Shown: in pieces, positions 44,641 through 52,036 of the stretch
Layout of the letters: the number at the start of each line of letters is the position of its first letter
Position numbering within the stretch: the stretch's first letter is position 1
Assembly (NCBI GenBank): GCA_964408965.1
Contig: CAYPBL010000002.1
Coordinates: 24,856-88,855, forward strand
DNA: 64,000 bases
Source: an uncultured Phycisphaeraceae bacterium
GTDB taxonomy: Bacteria > Planctomycetota > Phycisphaerae > Phycisphaerales > UBA1924
Reading direction: 5' to 3'
Notes under the pieces: model-generated
The model's input: only the letters and a program-made list of their open reading frames with translations
The model's database searches: none
What the model was told of the DNA's origin: nothing
Position numbers and translations under genes: made by a program

Positions 44641-45612
44641 ATGACGCCAGACTCCACATGCCCCCCCACGTCCACGCAGCGCGCGTCTGCTGGACGAGGC
44701 GCCTCAGCTGCGCCCGTCGTGAGCGTGGGCCTTCCGGTGCACAACGGACAACAGTACATCGACTACGCCATCCGTTGTGTGCGGGCCCAGACGCTGACAG
44801 ACATGGAGCTGATCATCTCGGACAACGCCTCGACCGACGACACCGAGCGCATCTGTCGCGCCCACGCGTCGGAGGATCCTCGCATCCGATACTTCAGGCA
44901 CGAAGTCAATCGAGGGGCGGCCTTCAACTTCAACTTCACTGTGGACAAGGCCAGAGGCCCCTTCTTCAAGTGGATCGCGCACGACGACGGCTGCGAGCCC
45001 CGCTTTCTGGAGCGCTGTGTCGCGGCGCTGGAGGAGGCGGACGAATCGGTCGTCCTCTGCCACGCGCGTTCCACGCTCATCGACGAGCAGGGTGAGTTCC
45101 TGGCCCACTACGGCGAAGAACACACCTGCATCGACGCGGACAGGCCGCACGACCGCGTCAGGCAGCTGACGGAGCATCTCTTTCTGTGCACGTATGTCTT
45201 CGGCGTGATGCGCACGGAGGTCCTGCGACAGACGTCGCGCATCGGGCCGTACGTCTCGTCCGACATCGTGCTGCTGCTGGAGCTTGCGCTGCGGGGCAAG
45301 CTTCTGGTGCTGCCCGAGTTTCTCGATCAGCGGCGCGTGCACGACGAATCGTCGCGGCGCAAGCACCACAGCGCCCGCGAGCTGGCGGCATGGTTCGACA
45401 CGAAATGGGCGCGGAGACGCGTGCTCGTGCCGCCTCGCATCCGCTACGCCTGTGAGGCGCTGCGGGCGATCGCACGGGCGCCCCTTCCTCTGGCCGAGCG
45501 GATCCGCTGCGTCGGCGCGCTCACGCTCGCGGGCGCCAGGAGGCGCTTCAGCGCCATGACCAAGATGCGCAGCGCGGTCGAAGAGGCCGTGGCTGAGCGA
45601 GCCCGGGCCTAG
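44641..45612 (+). CDS. Glycosyltransferase family 2
   Basis: VSVGLPVHNGQQYIDYAIRCVRAQTLTDMELIISDNASTDDT...NRGAAFNFN...AHDD. GAGGGGGGA upstream of the ATG. Confidence 0.85.
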   Translation: MTPDSTCPPTSTQRASAGRGASAAPVVSVGLPVHNGQQYIDYAIRCVRAQTLTDMELIISDNASTDDTERICRAHASEDPRIRYFRHEVNRGAAFNFNFTVDKARGPFFKWIAHDDGCEPRFLERCVAALEEADESVVLCHARSTLIDEQGEFLAHYGEEHTCIDADRPHDRVRQLTEHLFLCTYVFGVMRTEVLRQTSRIGPYVSSDIVLLLELALRGKLLVLPEFLDQRRVHDESSRRKHHSARELAAWFDTKWARRRVLVPPRIRYACEALRAIARAPLPLAERIRCVGALTLAGARRRFSAMTKMRSAVEEAVAERARA

Positions 45613-45646
45613 ACGACCGCTGCGGCACGCGAACGATCGCAACGCG

Positions 45647-47041
45647 TCAGGCACAGCGTCGCTCCTGCTGAAAACGCCGATGCAGCCTGGGCGTGACCAG
45701 AAAGCGCCGCAGCCAGTCCAGATGCGCCCCCAGCAGCGCCCTGTCGCCACGCTCCAGCGCCTCGAGCTCCGCACATCGCAGTTCGAACGTCTCGGGCAGC
45801 TGGTCCCCCGCGGCGCACTCGCGCTCGTAGACGGGATGGGCCCAGCGCTTGCGCAGACGGCAAAGGCCGTCGGGCGCGTTGCGCGCGTCAGCGTAGACAG
45901 CGTTGGGCTCGGCGCCTGCGTGGACCGCTGCGTCGAGGAAGCATTCGTCGACGCGCCGGGGGCTGCGCCACGCGTCGCTGTCGCTGACGACGGCGGTCAG
46001 GGCCTGGGCCTGCTCGAGCGGGCTCTCCGGCGCCTGCAGGTCGACGAGGCCCTCCTGGCTGTAGCGCCGGGCGATGTCGCGCTCGTCGCCCAGCCAGAGC
46101 AGGTCAGAGCTGAAGATGCGCCGCCAGCCCTGGGGGTCCACCGGCCAGCCGGGCGAGGGGTTGGGCTGCAGACGGTTGTGCAGATGGGCGAAGACCGCTG
46201 CGCCCTGGGGCCTGAGGCAGCGGCGGGCCTCAGCGACGACGTGGGGCTTCTCGAGCATGTAGTGCAGCGCGTCGACGCAGAGGATCGCGTCGAAGGCGTC
46301 GTCCTCGAAGGGCCAGGGCGCCACGGCGTTCATGCGCAGCAGGAGCAGCGGCTGAGCAGCGTAGCGGCTGGCGAGCCAGAGGTTGGCGAAGTCCGCGTCG
46401 GCCAGCGCGACCTCGACGCCCGGCGCCATGGCGCTGAGCAGCGTCCCTGCGTGGCCCGCTCCGCCGGCAAGGTCCAGGACGCGGAAGGGTCTTCCCTGCG
46501 CAAGGCGCCTGCGCGCCTCGACGGCGATGCGTGCGACGAGCGGCGCAGCAGCCTGGAAGCTCGGGTTGGCCCAGCGCTGCAGCAGATAGGCGCCGTAGCG
46601 GGCGTTGCGCAGGGCGCCGACCGCGTCGCGATAGGCCAGACCGTCGGCGCGCCGAAGCAACTGCAGCGCCTGCCGCTGCGCCCATGCTTGGACAGCGCGA
46701 GGCGCAGGCCGTTCCAGTCGCTCCGACAGCCGCACGAGCCTTCCCGCCAGCGTGCGCAGATGCGGCGCCAGCGCCTCAGCGGCGACGTGTTCGCTGACGC
46801 CGCCTGTGCGCGCTGGGGGCCGCCGCTGTGCTTCCTGCCCAAGGCAGACGACGCCCTCGACGACGCAGTGCCCCGAGCAGCTGCACGACGCTGCAGCGGC
46901 CTTTGCGCCCGCGCGCAGCGCGTCGGTCAGCGAGGTCAGCTCGCCAAGGCAGTGCGGGCAGCGCAGCGGAATCGACCATGGGCGACGCTGCGCAGCGCCC
47001 AGCGCGTCAGTCCTGCCCTGCTCCTGAGCCGATACAGTCAC
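45647..47041 (-). CDS. Class I SAM methyltransferase with N-terminal Trm112-like zinc-ribbon and extra C-terminal domain
   Basis: CPHC...CSCSGHC N-terminus. VLDLAGGAGHAG SAM motif; FDAILCVDALHYM...LRPQGAAVF. GTG start at 47041. Confidence 0.75.
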   Translation of the reverse strand: MTVSAQEQGRTDALGAAQRRPWSIPLRCPHCLGELTSLTDALRAGAKAAAASCSCSGHCVVEGVVCLGQEAQRRPPARTGGVSEHVAAEALAPHLRTLAGRLVRLSERLERPAPRAVQAWAQRQALQLLRRADGLAYRDAVGALRNARYGAYLLQRWANPSFQAAAPLVARIAVEARRRLAQGRPFRVLDLAGGAGHAGTLLSAMAPGVEVALADADFANLWLASRYAAQPLLLLRMNAVAPWPFEDDAFDAILCVDALHYMLEKPHVVAEARRCLRPQGAAVFAHLHNRLQPNPSPGWPVDPQGWRRIFSSDLLWLGDERDIARRYSQEGLVDLQAPESPLEQAQALTAVVSDSDAWRSPRRVDECFLDAAVHAGAEPNAVYADARNAPDGLCRLRKRWAHPVYERECAAGDQLPETFELRCAELEALERGDRALLGAHLDWLRRFLVTPRLHRRFQQERRCA

Positions 47042-47109
47042 GCCCAGCTCTTTGCCTTCGTTGCGACCTGCAGGCGAAGCCCGCTCGGCGCCATTGCAGC
47101 CATTCTTCC

Positions 47110-49023
47110 ATGACCGCCCCCCACCTGCTCGTGCTCGACGACAACTTCGAGCAGCCTCCTGCGCTCGGCCAGCGGCGGGTGATCGACCGCGAAGGCGTCG
47201 TCGGCGCCGACAACGGGGCGCTGCGCATCAGACCGCTGCTTCAGCCCGGCTGGGGGCGCAGCGGCGTCTCGTACGGCCCGCTTCCGGCGCACGAGGAAGG
47301 GTTCAGCTTCGCGGTCTGTCTGCTCAACGGGCACCACATGTCGCGGACGTACCAGCTGCGCTCGCCGCTGCGACAGCTTGCGCGCTGGGCTGTCGGGGGA
47401 GGGGGCGACGCTCTCCTTCCTCGGCTGCTGGCCTGGGCGACGCACCGACAGCGCGAGCCGCTGCTGCGGCGCAAGCTCCGCGCCTGGGTCAGAAACCGCA
47501 AAGGCGCCAAAGGCTGGCTCGACCTGCGCGACAACCTCGCGGTGGGCCTGTTCACTGCAGCGGCGCCAGCGGATCCGCGCAGCGACGGCGCCTGCCTGCT
47601 CGTGCGCTCCTCCGAGTCGATGCACAACGGCGAGCTGCGCTGCTGCTGCGCAGGCGTCGACCTGCTGGCGATCGACGGCCTGCAGAACACGCCGCTGACG
47701 ATCTGCGGCGCCACTCGGCAGGGGCTGCTGCTGCTCTTCGCCGCCTCGCTCCCAGGCGCCCACGGCCTGCGCGACTCGCCGGCGCTGCGGCCCATCGGGG
47801 CGGTCCCGGCGCCGAGCGGGCCTGCGCATCTGGGCCTGCACCAGGCTGTGCTGGGCGAGATCGGCTTCTTCCACGACACGCGCGTCTACAGCGTGCGGGC
47901 CGGCGTCTTCGACGAGGACTGGACAGGCGTCGAGAGCGTCGCGCCCGGGGAACGGCGTCGGCGCCCCGCGCCGGGCCTGCTGCGCCTGACGCTCCCCCGC
48001 CAGACGCTCGAGCAACCTGCCTCGCTGCGCTGGGGAAGCGAGAACGACACCCTGGCGCTCCATGCGGAGTGCGACAGCCTCGCGCTCGTGCGCAGCGCGG
48101 GCGGGGAGTCGACCACCCTCGCCACGCACAACCTCCCCGCGCGCGCCGGGGACCTGGAGATCCAGGCGCTCGACGACGGCGCCGCCGTCAGCTGCGCGAT
48201 CGACGGCGTCCAAGCCTTCGACGGCCCGGTTGCAGTGGAGCGCAGCGACGCCGAGGGCGCCGCTCTGGTCGAGCTGGAGGCGCCTGCGGAGGTCCGCTCT
48301 CTGGTCGTTCCCCGCGCCGTCCAGCCGCTGCGCGAGCTCGCTGTCGAGGCGCCGACCGTGCGCCCTGCGGGACAGGTCGTCGCAGCGGACGACTTTGCAG
48401 GCCCTGCAGGCGACCTCGAAGGCCGAACAACGCCCCTCGGCGCCCTGCCCTGGCGCAGGCGCTGGGGAAGGGGCGTCTTCGAGCGCACAGGCAGCGGGCA
48501 GCTGCGCGTGCGGGCGAGCGTCGCTGCGCCCTGTCCCGGCAGGACCATCTACGCCCTTCCCTGGCGCCATGCTGGCGGCGTCGAAGCCAGCGTCGTCATC
48601 ACGCCCCCCGGCACAGCTCGAGGCCAGCGGGAGCGCTGCAGGGCGGGCTTCGCCTTCCTCCAGGACCAGCGGAACATGCTCCTCGTCAACGTCTGGCTGG
48701 ACGACCGCTACAACACCACCTCCATCTCCACCTTCTACCGCTTCGACGGCTTCGAGGACATCTTCGACGCGGTCTGGTCGTGCATGGGGGAGCGCCGCGT
48801 GGTCTGGGGCCGGCCCTTCGAGCTGCGCGTCCGCTTCGACGAGGAGCGCTTCCTGGCCTGCGTCGACGGCGAGCCGATCCTCGTCCGCGCCGTCAGCGAC
48901 GTGCAGCCCTGGCGCAGGCGCCTGCAGGTGCGCGAGGTGGGATTGCTGGCCAACTGGGAGTGGGGCTGCGACACGGGCTCGCGCTTCGAGCGCCTGGCCC
49001 TGGCCCCGCTGGCCGGCCGGTGA
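47110..49023 (+). CDS. Hypothetical protein (637 aa), no family recognised; C-terminal part may be ConA/LamG-like
   Basis: ATG 47110. Balanced amino-acid composition (W, F, Y, N, H present), unlike the Arg/Ala/Gly-rich overlapping ORFs. The C-terminus is FAFLQDQRNMLLVNVWLDD...FELRVRFDEERFLACVDGEPIL. Confidence 0.6.
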   Translation: MTAPHLLVLDDNFEQPPALGQRRVIDREGVVGADNGALRIRPLLQPGWGRSGVSYGPLPAHEEGFSFAVCLLNGHHMSRTYQLRSPLRQLARWAVGGGGDALLPRLLAWATHRQREPLLRRKLRAWVRNRKGAKGWLDLRDNLAVGLFTAAAPADPRSDGACLLVRSSESMHNGELRCCCAGVDLLAIDGLQNTPLTICGATRQGLLLLFAASLPGAHGLRDSPALRPIGAVPAPSGPAHLGLHQAVLGEIGFFHDTRVYSVRAGVFDEDWTGVESVAPGERRRRPAPGLLRLTLPRQTLEQPASLRWGSENDTLALHAECDSLALVRSAGGESTTLATHNLPARAGDLEIQALDDGAAVSCAIDGVQAFDGPVAVERSDAEGAALVELEAPAEVRSLVVPRAVQPLRELAVEAPTVRPAGQVVAADDFAGPAGDLEGRTTPLGALPWRRRWGRGVFERTGSGQLRVRASVAAPCPGRTIYALPWRHAGGVEASVVITPPGTARGQRERCRAGFAFLQDQRNMLLVNVWLDDRYNTTSISTFYRFDGFEDIFDAVWSCMGERRVVWGRPFELRVRFDEERFLACVDGEPILVRAVSDVQPWRRRLQVREVGLLANWEWGCDTGSRFERLALAPLAGR

Positions 49024-49034
49024 AGCCGCGCTGC

Positions 49035-49787
49035 TCATGCTTCCCTTTCCGGCGCAGCCCACAGGTGCGCCACGCGCCACGAGCCCGCATAGCCCGAAGT
49101 GAGCGTCTCCACAGCCATGCCCCGCTGCGCAAGGGCCGCCGCCACGGCTGCGCGCTTCGCCTCCAGCTCTTCGTCGCCTGGCGCGTCGAGCTCGCAGAGG
49201 ATCCACGGCCTGTGCGTCTCGATGGTGCGGGTCATGCCCTCGACCACCGCCAGCTCAGCCCCTTCGACGTCGATCTTGACGAGCCTCGGCGGCGGAGCGC
49301 CCTCGTCGACGACGCTGTCGACGCTGACGACGCGCACGGGCCGTGTTCCCGCAGCGTCGGGAGGCGGCGCCGCCGCCCCCAGCAGGGCCGCTCCACCCGG
49401 ATGCTCCGCCAGCGCAAGCGTCCCCTCGCCAGGCGCCGCCGCGACCGCCGCTTCGATCACGTGGATGTTGTCCAGCCTGTTGCGCCTGGCGTTGCGGCGG
49501 ATCGCCCTGGCCTGCTTCGGCGCAGGCTCGAAGGCCCAGACTTCGCCCGCCTCGCCCACGCGCCTTGCAGCAAGGAGCGAGAAGAACCCCACGTTGGCGC
49601 CGACGTCGTAGAAGACGTCGCCTGGACCGAGCGTCTCGACGATGCGCCGCTGCGCCTCGGGCTCGACATCGCCCCGGGCGTACCACGCGCTGGCCCAGCG
49701 CAGGTCCATGCGCAGCCCCGTGCCCGGCCCCGTCCGGACCCGCGCAGGAAACAGCGAGCGCACCTTTCGCAGGACAGCGACGCTCAC
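49035..49787 (-). CDS. FkbM-family methyltransferase
   Basis: GTG 49787 overlaps the upstream stop. VFYDVGANVGFFSLLAA...AFEPAPK...LVKIDVEGAELAVV. Confidence 0.85.
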   Translation of the reverse strand: MSVAVLRKVRSLFPARVRTGPGTGLRMDLRWASAWYARGDVEPEAQRRIVETLGPGDVFYDVGANVGFFSLLAARRVGEAGEVWAFEPAPKQARAIRRNARRNRLDNIHVIEAAVAAAPGEGTLALAEHPGGAALLGAAAPPPDAAGTRPVRVVSVDSVVDEGAPPPRLVKIDVEGAELAVVEGMTRTIETHRPWILCELDAPGDEELEAKRAAVAAALAQRGMAVETLTSGYAGSWRVAHLWAAPEREA

Positions 49788-50989
49788 GCAGCAGCTCCCC
49801 CGCGCACAGCGCCTGTGGCTCCCCGGATCACGCGCTCGTAGATCGCCGCGACAGCCTCCGCGGTCCGCCTGGTGGAGAAGCCCGCCGCGATGGAGCGCCC
49901 CGCCCGGCCCATCGCCCGACAACGCTGCGGATCGTTGAGCAGGTCGCGCAGGTTGTCGGCGAAGGCCGCTTCGTCGCCCATCGGCGCCACCGCCGCGGCC
50001 TGCGCTGCGCCGGGGATCTCGCCGAGCGTGGGCAGGTCGTAGACGACCAGCGGCCTGCCCGCCGCCATCGCCTCGAGGATCGCAAGACCAAACCCCTCGC
50101 GCACCGAGGGAAAGGCCACGACGTCGGCCAGCGCCAGGCACCGCTGGACGTCCTCTCGAAAGCCCGCGAAGCGCACCGCGTCGAGCGCGCCAAGCTTTCG
50201 CGCAAGCTGCTCGACAGCGGGCCTCGTCGGTCCGTCGCCCACGAAGACCATCGCGACCCGCCCGCCGCCTCGAAGCAGCTTCGGCAGGGCGCGGACCAGC
50301 GTCTCCTGTCCTTTTCCCGGATCGAAGCGCGCCACGTTCACCACGATCTTTGCGTCGCGCGCAAGGCCGAGCTCGCGGCGCAGCTGCTCGACCTCGTCCG
50401 CGCCGACGCCGCTGAAACGCTCGACGTCGACACCGGGGGGCGCCACCGAGCAGCGCTCCTGCGCAAGCCCCGCCCGTTCGAGCCAGGGCCGCCAGCTGCG
50501 CAGCCCGTGGGCCGAGACCGCGATCGTCCACGCAACCGTCCGCCCCATGAGCCAAAGCTCCAGCGCCCAGCGCGTTCTGCGCGGCGCCGTCCGCAGCGCC
50601 TGGCCCAGCGAGGCGGGCCTGCGCGGAGGCAGGGCGAAGGTATGCAGCGTGTTGACCGTGGGCAGACGCAGCGCCAGGGCGGTCAGCTGGGCGGGGATGC
50701 GGTCGGAGGGCGTGTTGTTGGTGTGGAGCAGGTCGACGCGCTCCTGTCTGGCGAGCCTGCCGAGCCTCACCGCCGCCAGCGGCGCCAAGGCGTCGCGCCG
50801 CATGCCCAGGCAGAACGTGCGAGCGCCGACCGCCTCGAAGCGGGCCGCCATGGGTCCGCCCGGCCGCGTCGCGCAGACGATGTGCGCAAAGCGGTCCGCG
50901 TCCATCGCGGCGATGGTGCGGAGCAGCAGCGTCTGGCCGCCGCCCATCTGGAAGTCGGGCAGTGTGTGAAGGATGCGCGCTGCGCTCAC
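49784..50989 (-). CDS. Glycosyltransferase family 4 (GT-B)
   Basis: GTG 50989 overlaps the upstream stop. ARILHTLPDFQMGGGQ...VNVARFDPGKGQETLVRAL...FVGDGP...ADVVAFPSVREGFGLAILEAMAAGRPLVV. Confidence 0.85.
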   Translation of the reverse strand: MSAARILHTLPDFQMGGGQTLLLRTIAAMDADRFAHIVCATRPGGPMAARFEAVGARTFCLGMRRDALAPLAAVRLGRLARQERVDLLHTNNTPSDRIPAQLTALALRLPTVNTLHTFALPPRRPASLGQALRTAPRRTRWALELWLMGRTVAWTIAVSAHGLRSWRPWLERAGLAQERCSVAPPGVDVERFSGVGADEVEQLRRELGLARDAKIVVNVARFDPGKGQETLVRALPKLLRGGGRVAMVFVGDGPTRPAVEQLARKLGALDAVRFAGFREDVQRCLALADVVAFPSVREGFGLAILEAMAAGRPLVVYDLPTLGEIPGAAQAAAVAPMGDEAAFADNLRDLLNDPQRCRAMGRAGRSIAAGFSTRRTAEAVAAIYERVIRGATGAVRGGAAA

Positions 50990-51960
50990 GCGTCTTTCTT
51001 TTCCGCCGTCCTGGTCCAGGGCGCAAGCGTCTCCGCCTGGCCGAGCGGGAAGAACATCTCGAACCGTCGGAAGAAGTGCCGCAGAAACAGCGGCTCGAGC
51101 GTCGCCCAACCGGGCTCGCTGAAGGGATTCGCCACCTGCGTGCGGTGCTGGGCCAGAGCCTGCGCCTTGCGCTCCCTGACCGAGCCGATCCGCACCAGCA
51201 GCGGCCTGAGCGTCAGCGCCGCCCGCACGGGGCCGCGCAGCAGCTGGGGCGCAGCGCGCAGGCCGATCCTGTAAGGCCAGAGCCAGCTGCGCAGCCGCCA
51301 GAACCACACCGGATACGCCAGCGCAGCGCCGCGGTGGACGCCCTGGGCGACAAGCCGCTGCGCCGCAGCCGCCAGCGCCTGGTGGTCCGGGTTCCAGTCC
51401 AGGCCGCAGGGCGCCAGGATCTCCTTGGGCTTGGCGCTGCGCACGATCGCTTCGAGCCTTTCGACGAGCTCGGGGACGCGCGTCCGCAGCGTCTGGTCCT
51501 CCAGGTCCAGGAAGTGCACACGATCCTGCGGGACGCCCAGCTGCGCACAGGCGTCGAGGGCCTCGCGTCTGCGGACCTGCGCAAGCTCGCCAGGCGAGCG
51601 CGTCCGCGAGCGGTGGGAGCGCGAGCCGTCAGCGGCGATGACCACGTCGACTTCGACGCCCTGGGCGCGCTTGAGGGCGATCGTCCCCCCGCAGCCCAGC
51701 GTCTCGTCGTCCGGGTGCGGCGCCAGGACCAGGGACGATCGGCGGGCGACGGCGTTCGTCGCGTCCGCGCCTTTCGCCTCGAGCGTCGTTTGCAGCAGCG
51801 AGAACATCGCCGCCTCGAGCGCAAGGGCTGCGCTGCGCAGCGGCGCGAGCCCCGCCAGCCTTCCCAGGGCAGGCGCTGCGCGGGGGTCGAAGGGGCGGCC
51901 CGTGCGCCCTGCAGCTTCCGCGTTCGACGAGCCATCCTGCATGCAGCTGGGCCGACGCAC
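50986..51960 (-). CDS. PIG-L/LmbE-family N-acetylglucosaminyl deacetylase
   Basis: SLVLAPHPDDETLGCGGTI...VVIAADG motif. The start is uncertain: GTG 51960, ATG 51942 or ATG 51807. Confidence 0.75.
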   Translation of the reverse strand: MRRPSCMQDGSSNAEAAGRTGRPFDPRAAPALGRLAGLAPLRSAALALEAAMFSLLQTTLEAKGADATNAVARRSSLVLAPHPDDETLGCGGTIALKRAQGVEVDVVIAADGSRSHRSRTRSPGELAQVRRREALDACAQLGVPQDRVHFLDLEDQTLRTRVPELVERLEAIVRSAKPKEILAPCGLDWNPDHQALAAAAQRLVAQGVHRGAALAYPVWFWRLRSWLWPYRIGLRAAPQLLRGPVRAALTLRPLLVRIGSVRERKAQALAQHRTQVANPFSEPGWATLEPLFLRHFFRRFEMFFPLGQAETLAPWTRTAEKKDA

Positions 51961-52036
51961 AACCGACCGGCCCTGTGCGCAGGCCGGTCGGCTGGCGGTT
52001 GTCTTTGAGGAACGTCTCAGGGCTGCGCAGCCTCGC

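Noticed and set aside
47038-49841. Long ORFs 47038..49206 (-) and 47052..49841 (+) overlapping the 637-aa hypothetical and FkbM genes
   Set aside because: Their composition is extremely Arg/Ala/Gly/Pro-rich, they have no motifs, and they are out of frame or antisense to better coding frames.
44641-52000. Possibility that the mixed-orientation island is a mobile or recently inserted element
   Set aside because: I saw no integrase, transposase, tRNA, flanking direct repeats or clear GC break. The gene content is ordinary glycosylation machinery.
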